From the IMG/VR virus record IMGVR_UViG_3300000302_000058: 64,000 nucleotides of DNA. One strand, given 5' to 3'. Position numbers and translations under genes: made by a program. This stretch comes from an uncultured virus (IMG/VR IMGVR_UViG_3300000302_000058). Taxonomy: Duplodnaviria > Heunggongvirae > Uroviricota > Caudoviricetes. The notes beneath the pieces are model-generated. The model did not search any database. It saw nothing but the letters and a program-made list of their open reading frames with translations, and was not told where the DNA came from. Below, one piece after another: positions 48,077 through 56,987 of this stretch; position 1 is the first letter of the stretch; the number at the start of each line of letters is the position of its first letter.

Positions 48077-48415
48077 ATGTCCAAGCGTACCGAGATGTTT
48101 GCCCGTATCGCCGCTGCTATGCCCGAGGATGCGGAGGTTCAGGAGTGGGTGGCTAAGGAGCTTGAGCGTGCGGGGAAGTCTTCCGCCAAGACTGCCGAGC
48201 GTCTTGATATGGCTATCGAGGTGCTGAAGCGTCACGTTGCCGAGGACGAAGCTGTGTGTGCCAAGGAGTTCGCTCACGAGGTTAACGCCCTATTCCCCGG
48301 ACAGAATTGGAATACTCGTACCGCGTCGTACTACCTGCGGTTGATGGTCGAGCGTAAACTTGCTGAGGTCGTACCGGGTGGAAAGTCCTCGCCTAAGATG
48401 TACGTGTGGTTCTAG
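48077..48415 (+). CDS. winged-helix protein, distant relative of 50058 and 52759
   Basis: AKEFA...TRTASYYLRLMVERKLAE wHTH pattern; AAGGAG RBS. Confidence 0.55.
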   Translation: MSKRTEMFARIAAAMPEDAEVQEWVAKELERAGKSSAKTAERLDMAIEVLKRHVAEDEAVCAKEFAHEVNALFPGQNWNTRTASYYLRLMVERKLAEVVPGGKSSPKMYVWF

Positions 48416-48476
48416 TTGACAACGTGGCTTGTGTGTAGTATACTATAATAGTACACAGTAAGAGAAAGGTTTCTCT

Positions 48477-48788
48477 ATGCCGTTTATGATTCGCACAAAT
48501 GTTATTGACAACTGTCCCGAGAAGGGCACCTTTGGCACTGAGACTGTGGACTATTTTGATAATAGAATTGATGCTACCAAAGCTTATAACCAGCTTATTG
48601 TGGATATTCGTAATGATTACGCTGACAGTGCTAACCGTGAGTCGATGACTCTTGTGTATCTTTATGAGTACCAGAGCCTTGACCACGGTGACCATACTAA
48701 CATCTTCATCACTTCGCTTATCAATTTTGCTTCTATTAGCTGGTATAATTACGAGCTTTTTATCGGGGTTTGCGTCAGTAGAATATAA
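48477..48788 (+). CDS. hypothetical early protein
   Basis: TTGACA..TATAAT promoter and RBS. Confidence 0.55.
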   Translation: MPFMIRTNVIDNCPEKGTFGTETVDYFDNRIDATKAYNQLIVDIRNDYADSANRESMTLVYLYEYQSLDHGDHTNIFITSLINFASISWYNYELFIGVCVSRI

Positions 48789-49172
48789 AAAAGATAAAAG
48801 ATTAGGGTAAAATCCGTGCGGTTTTACCCTATTTTGTTACAGATTCAGATACTTTTTATATAAAAATTATATTAAATTAATACAAAATTGCCTCACATCT
48901 GTCCTCTTTTGGATAAGATGTGAGGCTTTTTTTATAAAAATAAATTGTTTTGTGTAAAAAATTTATAAAAATATATATTATATATGGGAATTTCTGTGAA
49001 TTTTTTGCCTATAGGGCGGTTTTCGCTTGACAAAAAAATCCCACGGGCGATTGTGAGCGAGCCTATAGAGGTTTTTCGCTTGACAATTTCAAAAAACCCG
49101 GGGAGTTATGAGAGAATCGCCTATAGAGGGCTGTTTTGCACTTGACAACGGGAAACCCCTGCTCACGAGGGG

Positions 49173-49186
49173 CGAACACTCGTTCG
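49173..49186. promoter_or_regulatory. LexA (Cheo-type) SOS box
   Basis: CGAAC-ACTC-GTTCG; similar boxes at 49350 and 53506. Confidence 0.6.
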
Positions 49187-50057
49187 TGTGGAGTTGTGGA
49201 TTTTCCATGCTTTCCCCCTTTCCCCTGTTGACTTAACTATTATACCATGCTAGGGGGTCAAGTGGCAACGCACAAGCAGCCGGGTACGTCAAGTGTTAAA
49301 AATGAGAATTCACAAAATTTACAAGTTAGCCTCGGTTAACTTTGAGGGTAGAACAAACGTTCGGTTTCAGGGGTAGGGCTATTGCAATTACCCTTGCTAG
49401 TTCCGCCCGCCGTCGCTCTCGCTAGACGCTGATATAACGGCTTGTTTACCTCTCAGACGTTGCGGTATTGCCGCCCGTGCCGTGGTACCGATTAACAATA
49501 ATAATAATGGTTTGCGGCAATAGTGCAATAGGTTCACAAACTCTACACAGTCGCGTTAGAACGATTGTAAGCCCGTTTAAGGCGTTGGAATAGTCCACGG
49601 GTAGGGGAATAGCGGGGCAAGCGTTAAAACGCTTTAGAATGGCTTAGAACGGCTCTAGTGACGTTTCCCACGGTTTAGGGTATCGCCGCGCGGTTAGCGT
49701 TTGTTATTTTTTTTAGATAGCGTGATATCGTGAAATGCTTTGTGAGCCATTCTAAGCACGTTTAAGACGTTTTAACGGGTTGGCGGGTATCCTAGTCCAT
49801 AGAAACAATTTTAGGGGCTTAAAACGGCTCCGGTAGCCCTGCAAGGGCTACCCGGCGTGGGCTTTGCCCACGGCGAAAATAAGTATGCAGGTTTTGTGAA
49901 AGTCCTTGACGTGGGCGGGTTCTAGTGTTATCCTTAAAGGGAGGGAGGGCGGGGAATGGACGTTAAAAGTTAGCCGGGGTTAACTTTCACTATATCAAAA
50001 CGCCCACCCTCGGGCGTGGATACCTGCGAGGGTGGGCGGCGCTAGGCTAGTCTAGTA

Positions 50058-50507
50058 TTAGTTGTTCTCCTTAGTATCCTCAGTCTTAGCCTTGCGCTTG
50101 CGGGTCGGCTTAGGCGCGAACTCAAAGCCCACGGGGGCGTAATGTTTAACGCTCCACGGCTCCGGGGAAACCGCGATAAGTCCCATAGCCACCGCCTGAC
50201 GCAGCAGGGCACCAACCTTGCGAGCCGTGAGCGGCATACCGTCCGGGTCGGTGTAGAATTCCGCGATATCCGCAGCGGTGAATTCCGCATTGCGGGCGGC
50301 AATCTCATCGGCAAGTTCGGTAGCAATCTGGTGGTTGCGCAGCGTTTCGGCTGACGGCTTGCTGACGCGCTTACGATTGGCGGACTCCACCATCTTGATA
50401 ATCGTGGCGGTAACGTCGGCCACGTCCGCACCCATAGCGTCGGCGATAACGTCGGCGATGCCCTCAGCGGCGAGAGTGTTAATAATCTGCTTACGAGTGA
50501 TAGCCAT
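50058..50507 (-). CDS. winged-helix DNA-binding protein (paralog A)
   Basis: KPSAETL..TAADIAEFYTDPDG..RKVGALL..WSVKHYAP shared with 52759. Confidence 0.75.
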   Translation of the reverse strand: MAITRKQIINTLAAEGIADVIADAMGADVADVTATIIKMVESANRKRVSKPSAETLRNHQIATELADEIAARNAEFTAADIAEFYTDPDGMPLTARKVGALLRQAVAMGLIAVSPEPWSVKHYAPVGFEFAPKPTRKRKAKTEDTKENN

Positions 50508-50929
50508 AGTAAATTCCTTCCTGTTTGTCTGATACTATATGCTGTTATCAAATGTTGCAGTTGGCAAGGGCCGAGGTTCCATCCTTCCATCCGTGGGGCC
50601 TTGCCGTTCCCCGTCCCCTTTGGACAATTACAGTATGCCATGTGTGGGGCTAGGTGTCTAGTAGAATGCTAGCAGCTCCGGTGAACGGTAGGTTTTCGCC
50701 GGTGAACGGTCGGTGTTGCCGTAGGCAACCCCGGCGTTCGCTACGCGAACGGCGATTCCCGCAGGTAGATGCCCCAGAAAAAAATAGTTGTGTTGATTCT
50801 GTGAAACTACTTGACGTGGGTACCGTGAAACGGTACCCTTTCAGGGCGTGGAGGGTGGGCATAGGCCGCACAAGTTAGACTAGGGTAACTTTGTAGGTAA
50901 AGTAAAGCGCCCCGCGTAGGGGCGCTAGA

Positions 50930-51649
50930 CTAAAGCGTCTTTAGAGTTTTTGCCGCATCGCGCCAACCTTGCCCCATAGAGTGCCGGGTTTTAGTCTTGC
51001 GTCGGCGCGCCATGGTTAAAATAAAGTCCTCGGTTAGCGCGTCAGACAATGCGGTATGGTCCTCAATAAAACTAATATCGTCGGTCAGGTAGCGATATAC
51101 CGTTTCCGCGCTAGTGCTTGGGTTGCCCTTGCCGGTAAGGAAACCATGTTTAAGGCACCACTTAACATATTTTCTGGTGCTAGTGATATTGCTAGAGTAG
51201 TCCCAAATATCCGCAAACTTTACGCCATAGGGGAGCAACTTGTATCCCGGAACGAACCCATTCGAATAGGTTTCCAAAGTGTTACGCAAGGTTAACATGT
51301 CAAAGCGGGCATTATAGGCCCAAACCTTGCGCACGTCGTTGTCCCGAATGTCGCGCGTTAGCGTTTGCCACGCCTCAAGAAACGTTGCTATCGTCCATTG
51401 TCCGCTATCGTCCATCCTCATACCCTCATGATAGCGCGGCAACTTTGACGCATAGTAGGCGCTATTCATAACGTCGTGCTTACTAAACGTGTCACTAATA
51501 GCGAAGGACCGTTGCGCGATACCCTCACCATCTTTAACAACTATCCATCCCATATCATAAACTAGACTGTTCTCGGGTTCGGGTTGGTTCGTCTTGCGTG
51601 CGTACTGGTCCGCTGTTTCAGTGTCCAACACGATATAAGCTCTACCCAT
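50930..51649 (-). CDS. DEDDh 3'-5' exonuclease
   Basis: VLDTET, AYNARFD, HTALSDA. Confidence 0.85.
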   Translation of the reverse strand: MGRAYIVLDTETADQYARKTNQPEPENSLVYDMGWIVVKDGEGIAQRSFAISDTFSKHDVMNSAYYASKLPRYHEGMRMDDSGQWTIATFLEAWQTLTRDIRDNDVRKVWAYNARFDMLTLRNTLETYSNGFVPGYKLLPYGVKFADIWDYSSNITSTRKYVKWCLKHGFLTGKGNPSTSAETVYRYLTDDISFIEDHTALSDALTEDFILTMARRRKTKTRHSMGQGWRDAAKTLKTL

Positions 51650-52758
51650 CGTTACCACCTCACTTGCGCCGGTTGTGGTGTGGCGCGCTCACCTTGCCGC
51701 ACGTTGCGGCACGTGACTAGCTTAGCATGTTTAAGCATACAACGGTGTGGAGGTTTTATGGAGAAACTACCAAAATTGAACTTGTGAAGAAAATATGATT
51801 GTCAAGTTCAATTTTAGTTCAATTTATCCAATAGATAGGCAAAAATATACATATGTAAAATTTGTGTGCGGTCTTGACAAACCAGATTTTCTGTATTTCC
51901 GCAGATAAATGGGGTAGTTCAATTTTGAACTTGGTTCAAATACATAGTTCAATATGTTTGTCAATAGTTCATTTTATTCATTTTACGGCGATTGTGAAAG
52001 TTTTGTGAATCACAAAAAATCCAAACTTGACAAAACCGAAAAAACAATTACACTATAGGGTGTGGAGGGCGGGGAATGGACGCAAAAAGTTAGACGAGGT
52101 TAACTTTATGACCGCGAGTTAACCTAGGTTAACTTTAAAATGGCCGTCACTTCCATTGTACCATAAAAAAACTTTTGTGTCAATAGTGAATTTTATCTTC
52201 ACAAATTCTACACGAAAAAATAGTCATACCCCATCTTAATAATAATAATAGGATAGGCGAAAAATCCTGTCAAGTACTTTTTTTAAAATTCACAAAAACA
52301 ACATAATTAAAGACACGTCACTTCCATTATACCATAAACACGCTCCAACAGTCAATAGAAAAATAGTTATTCATATTATCTTCACATTTGGACGCTCGTG
52401 GGGTTGATCGAGTCGATACTGCATACATGCCTGAAATAGGCCGCACTTGCGCGTGCTTGATGCCCTTGTACGGCCTTGTAATAGCTATTTTAGGGCACGT
52501 TTTGTATAATGGTGTACTTATTCGGGCCATGTATGTATATCGCCGTAAACGCGATTCTAGCGGCCACGTTTACCTGCGGAAACGTTGTTTTTGTAAAATG
52601 CGGCCCAGAAAATGAATAATGTGCGTTTTGTGAAAGTGCTTGCTTGAAGCGCTTCAACATGTTATCATGTCAAGGGAGGGAGGGCGGGATAGGGCAACAA
52701 AGTTAGCCTTGGTTAACTTTTACGGTAAGGAAAAGCCCCGCATGTGCGGAGCTGTCGG

Positions 52759-53241
52759 TTACTCGGTCACATCCTCGGGCGCGTCCGTGTCCTCGGCCTT
52801 AGCCTTGCGGACGCGCTTGGGCTTCTCGGCAAACTCCACGCCAAGCGGGGCATAGTGGGCCACGCTCCACTTGTACGGAGATTTAGCGATAAGCTCCTCA
52901 CGAGCCGCACGAGCAAGGGCAGCGCCCACCTTGCGAGGGTTCAGCACGTTACCTTCGGGGTCGGTGTACACGTCGGCAAGCTCGGCAGCGGTCATCTCCT
53001 TGCCGCGCGCGTTCAGCTCCTCCACCAGCTCGGCCATGATAGCGCGATTCTTGAGCGTCTCGGCGCTAGGCTTGGACTTGCGCGGACGGTGCATCGCGGT
53101 GTCGAAGTCGGCGACGGCTTGACGGGTGCCCTCGGGGTCAAAGCCCAGAGCGTCGGCAGCGTCCCAGATGGTGCAGCCGTTCTCAGCGGCATAAAGGACG
53201 ATAGCGGACAGGGACTTGCGGGAAACGGTGGTCTTGGTCAT
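52759..53241 (-). CDS. winged-helix DNA-binding protein (paralog B)
   Basis: KPSAETL..TAAELADVYTDPEG..RKVGAAL..WSVAHYAP; AAGGAG RBS. Confidence 0.75.
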   Translation of the reverse strand: MTKTTVSRKSLSAIVLYAAENGCTIWDAADALGFDPEGTRQAVADFDTAMHRPRKSKPSAETLKNRAIMAELVEELNARGKEMTAAELADVYTDPEGNVLNPRKVGAALARAAREELIAKSPYKWSVAHYAPLGVEFAEKPKRVRKAKAEDTDAPEDVTE

Positions 53242-53644
53242 AATTTTCTCCTTCGTCTGTATGACCGTGCAGTTTCGCGTCCGTGTGCCTTGGGGCTTGC
53301 GGTGTGTTCCCTTCTCTTCGGCTCCCCTTCGGACAACTATGGTATGCCATAGGGTAGGCCACAGGGCAAGCGTCACGTCGCGCCTTCACATTTTCTACAC
53401 ATTCTAGCGTTTGTGTTAGTTTTGTGTATGGTATTGACTTGGGGGACGTGGAACGTTACCATAGGGACTAGGGTGGGCGGGAAAAACACGCACAGGCCGC
53501 ACACCAGAACACCAGTTCGATAAAATGTTCTAAAAATAGACAGCATTTCCATTGTACCATAAAAGACTACTGAAAAGCAATAGCCGCACACAATCTCCAC
53601 ATTCTTTTGGACAAAATAAAAGCCCCCTTTCGGGGGCTGTTGGG

Positions 53645-53875
53645 TTAGTATTCCCAAAGCGTTTTCCAGTTCTGTTGTACCTTAATGCTTTCAATGCAAG
53701 TATAGTCGTTGCAATCCCGGTCGTACTTGCCCATAATCTCCTGCACGTAATCCCACGCATCGCGCTTGGTCCCAAAAGCCTTGACGATGGTCTTCTCGTC
53801 CTCATAGTCAAAGCAGGTATCAGCCAGAAAAACGATGGTAGCACGGACAAAGTAGGGATTCTCGAAGCGGGTCAT
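53645..53875 (-). CDS. hypothetical early protein
   Basis: Own promoter, RBS and terminator. Confidence 0.55.
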   Translation of the reverse strand: MTRFENPYFVRATIVFLADTCFDYEDEKTIVKAFGTKRDAWDYVQEIMGKYDRDCNDYTCIESIKVQQNWKTLWEY

Positions 53876-54342
53876 GGCGTGTGCCTTTCTCTCTGTTCCT
53901 CTTGGACAACTACAGTATAGCACTACCCAACGGGATAACGCAAGAACTTTTTAGAACTTTTTTAGGGCGATTCTCGGCGTTGTTGTAGATAACCCCGGTT
54001 AGCCCGTAGGGGCTACAGAATCCGTTTTAAGGGCTTGGATTGGCAGGGCTAGGTACTTACTCCAACCTTGCCTTGAAAGCCCGTTAAAAGCCCTTAGAAT
54101 GGCTCTCCTAGTCGATCAAGTAGTAGAGACGGATGTGGCACTACAGACCAGTAGACAAAAAAATGCCCCACCATAAGGTGGGGCGTTGGTGGTTATTCTC
54201 CACATTCCAAAAGTTAGTCAGGGCTAATAAAAAAATAGACAGATTTGTAGATTCATTGACCGGTATGGCTCCCGCCCCGGCACAATATTATTATTGCAAA
54301 AAAATACCCCCGCGTCAAGCGAGGGCAAGTTCTCCATATCTT

Positions 54343-54573
54343 CTACACAAGTCCGTGATAGCGTCCGATACACTTGTTGGTGCGCTCACGCCTGCTATTC
54401 GTCATGGCTTTCATAGCACGACGATGGACTTCTGCACGCCGCACGCGCTCAAGGCCCTGCTCGTGCTTCTCGTCCTCGTAGTCCGTCCAAAGCATCCAAA
54501 CACTGAAAGCAAGGACGCCATACATAACGATGAACACGGGAATGTTCTGAATAGGCAAGCAACCGAACAACAT
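54343..54573 (-). CDS. small membrane protein
   Basis: Hydrophobic segment; AAAGG RBS. Confidence 0.45.
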   Translation of the reverse strand: MLFGCLPIQNIPVFIVMYGVLAFSVWMLWTDYEDEKHEQGLERVRRAEVHRRAMKAMTNSRRERTNKCIGRYHGLV

Positions 54574-54612
54574 TTCAGTACCTTTCTCTTGGGGTCGTTG
54601 CGTAGCTTTATT

Positions 54613-55077
54613 TTAGCACGTCTTTCTAATCTGTGCAACTAGAAATCTGTAAAGACTTTTGGGGTATCGAGCTTGCCCGCCTGCACGCCTGAAAGCGTCT
54701 CGGTTAGGCTGTTCATCATCAAACAACACCGTGTTACGAACGTCTTTGACAACGAGTTCCTTAGGCGTGCCGTACTCAACGATACGCACGTCCTCGATAG
54801 CGGGCAAATGCTCACGTAGCCAAAGCATCTTAGCGGCCTGTGTAGCGGTAAAATAGGCGTGCGGAATATCCCCCTTAGCAGTCCACGATACCACGCACAC
54901 ATGCCCGCCAGCGTCCTTGTACAGCTCGATCAAGGCGTTAATAACGTCCGTGTCGGTAAGGGTATCGGCTTCAAAGTAAGGGCTTGCGTCGTGGGCTTGC
55001 AGGGCTTCTAGCCAATCACGCACGCCGTAAAGGTCACAAATACAACCGTCAAGGTCTAAAGCGATTGTTGGCAACAT
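54613..55077 (-). CDS. HAD-superfamily phosphatase (5'(3')-nucleotidase-like)
   Basis: DLDGCI motif I, K..WL..HLP, LFDD. Confidence 0.8.
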   Translation of the reverse strand: MLPTIALDLDGCICDLYGVRDWLEALQAHDASPYFEADTLTDTDVINALIELYKDAGGHVCVVSWTAKGDIPHAYFTATQAAKMLWLREHLPAIEDVRIVEYGTPKELVVKDVRNTVLFDDEQPNRDAFRRAGGQARYPKSLYRFLVAQIRKTC

Positions 55078-55446
55078 AGTGCTTACCCCGTTCTGTTAGT
55101 AGGTTACTAGAACACTACCATAGTACCATACCCATACACCAATGCATCACCATCACATAATATACACATCTGTGTATTGTGTAGGCTTTGTGTAGAGCCT
55201 TGTGCTTGTGGTGCTACTAGTGTACTATGTACTTAGTCGGTAGCCGAGGACTTGCCCAATACGGTTAGCGGAGCTAACCGTGCAAAGCATAGGCAAGGCA
55301 GAGGCATAGAGGAACCGTCGCACCACGCTACAGGAATGTGTGTTTAATTGTGGAGGAATTGTGAAGACAAATTCGTGCTTGCATAACGCTTGCCAATGGG
55401 GCATAATATAAGTGTCAAGAGGGACACACACAGAAAGGAACAGACC

Positions 55447-55728
55447 ATGACTACCTACTTCCAGATGCTCGCCAACGCCTTCGCCATCGCCAAGTCCGCC
55501 ACCACTACCGCCGACCTTGAGGATGCCGTGTACGACTTTCTGAACGTGCTGTGGGGCACGCCGAGCGACCCGACTTATCAGACGTTCACGAGCGTGCTTA
55601 TCCCCAATCTGGCGAATTGCGTTCGGTTCTGCGAAACCCCCACGGATTTGGAGACTATCGCGAACGGAATGCGGAACACATATTTTCAGGGGGTTGGCGT
55701 GGGCATCGCACAGGGCGAGAATCACTAG
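55447..55728 (+). CDS. hypothetical early protein
   Basis: Promoter and AAAGGA RBS. Confidence 0.55.
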   Translation: MTTYFQMLANAFAIAKSATTTADLEDAVYDFLNVLWGTPSDPTYQTFTSVLIPNLANCVRFCETPTDLETIANGMRNTYFQGVGVGIAQGENH

Positions 55729-55770
55729 GCGAACACGTGTTTTGGGGGGGGGCGCTCCGCGCTCCCCTCG

Positions 55771-55786
55771 CGTTTCACGTGAAACA
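55771..55786. promoter_or_regulatory. parS site
   Basis: CGTTTCACGTGAAACA, 15/16 match to TGTTTCACGTGAAACA, intergenic. Confidence 0.75.
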
Positions 55787-56481
55787 TCCTAGTACCGTAT
55801 GAGGTTTTTGTGTTTTTTGTTGGGGGGGGGTGGTTTTACAAGTTTTGTGTTTTTTGTGTGAAAAAGGGGCTCGCCCACGACAAACTCACACTCCCAAGCA
55901 AAATTCCTCTACTCTATATACTTAGCCCTACGTAGGAAAAGACAACGTTTTACGCTCGCTCCCATCCCAAAAGCAACCAAGTTGGTAACGTTGTCGAAGG
56001 CATCCTTAATATTATCCGTGCTTTCGCGGCACAAGCGACTGACTTGTTCACTTCCCTGCCTAATCAGTGTGAGAAAGGATATAATCCTCCCGCCGCACAC
56101 CCCTTCACCAAGAGCTGCTAGATATAACTATCTCGTTACTCGACCTCTTGGATAAAAGGTGTAGACCCGATTATTCGTCTCAACCTGTGGCGGAACTTTA
56201 TACGATTGTCAATCGTGCCGACCGGGAACGGCCATATCGTTAGGGGGGGGGGTATATTTTACAATTTCAATTTAGCTGTTACGCCAATTGGAAATATTCG
56301 CAATCTGTGCCAGAACCGCACATCCAATAGCAATCGCTCCGAAGATGAACAGAGCTGGATTGTATATAATGAACAGATAAATGAGTGCGGCTACTACAAT
56401 AAGAAAAATCATGGTATCCTCTATTCATACTAAAGAATGATATACTCGTTGAATTCAGGAACTTCTTCTGGATAAAGTCTG

Positions 56482-56757
56482 CTAGTTTTCACTGTTATAC
56501 ACTTCGTAAAGCGTGCCAAAGCCGCACTCGTTAGCCGCCACCTCTGCGATGAAGTGTGCGTTGTACTGCTCATCCGCACACAGAATCGCCTGTGGGTCGA
56601 TTAGGTCGAACCAACTGGTCTTTCGGAGCTGGTCTGCGGCCCATTCTGTCATGTCATTAAGTGTATCGGCATCGTTGGGAAGACCATTGACCCCAAAATG
56701 AGTATAGGTGGCGAGTTGAATGTCAAACAGTCTGTTCGCAATATCTACATAATCCAT
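56482..56757 (-). CDS. acidic hypothetical protein
   Basis: Own TTGACA..TATAAT promoter and AAAGGA RBS. Confidence 0.55.
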   Translation of the reverse strand: MDYVDIANRLFDIQLATYTHFGVNGLPNDADTLNDMTEWAADQLRKTSWFDLIDPQAILCADEQYNAHFIAEVAANECGFGTLYEVYNSEN

Positions 56758-56987
56758 ACACTATCCTTTCTCTTGGTTTACCTATATTATAACACATCAT
56801 AAAAATATTGTCAAAGCACGTAAAATTGGATATTAAATTTAATCAATATCTAATTTTACACACTTTGCGGGCAAAAAACGATAAATTTTGCCGCAATTCT
56901 ATTATATTTTAATAGTTCTTGGATTGTCAACTGCAATTTTTGGGAATAATTAAGACAAAGTAAACTCTATTAAAGGAGGATAATGTT

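Larger units (their letters stand above)
49323..52719. repeat. six copies of 20-bp palindrome AAGTTAR-N6-KTAACTT
   Basis: Copies at 49323, 49967, 50872, 52087, 52116, 52700 (weaker at 54211). Confidence 0.85.

Noticed and set aside
49938..49955. KOPS (GGGNAGGG) reading of the G-rich cassette motif
   Set aside because: GGGAGGGAGGGCGGGG does not match the GGGNAGGG spacing
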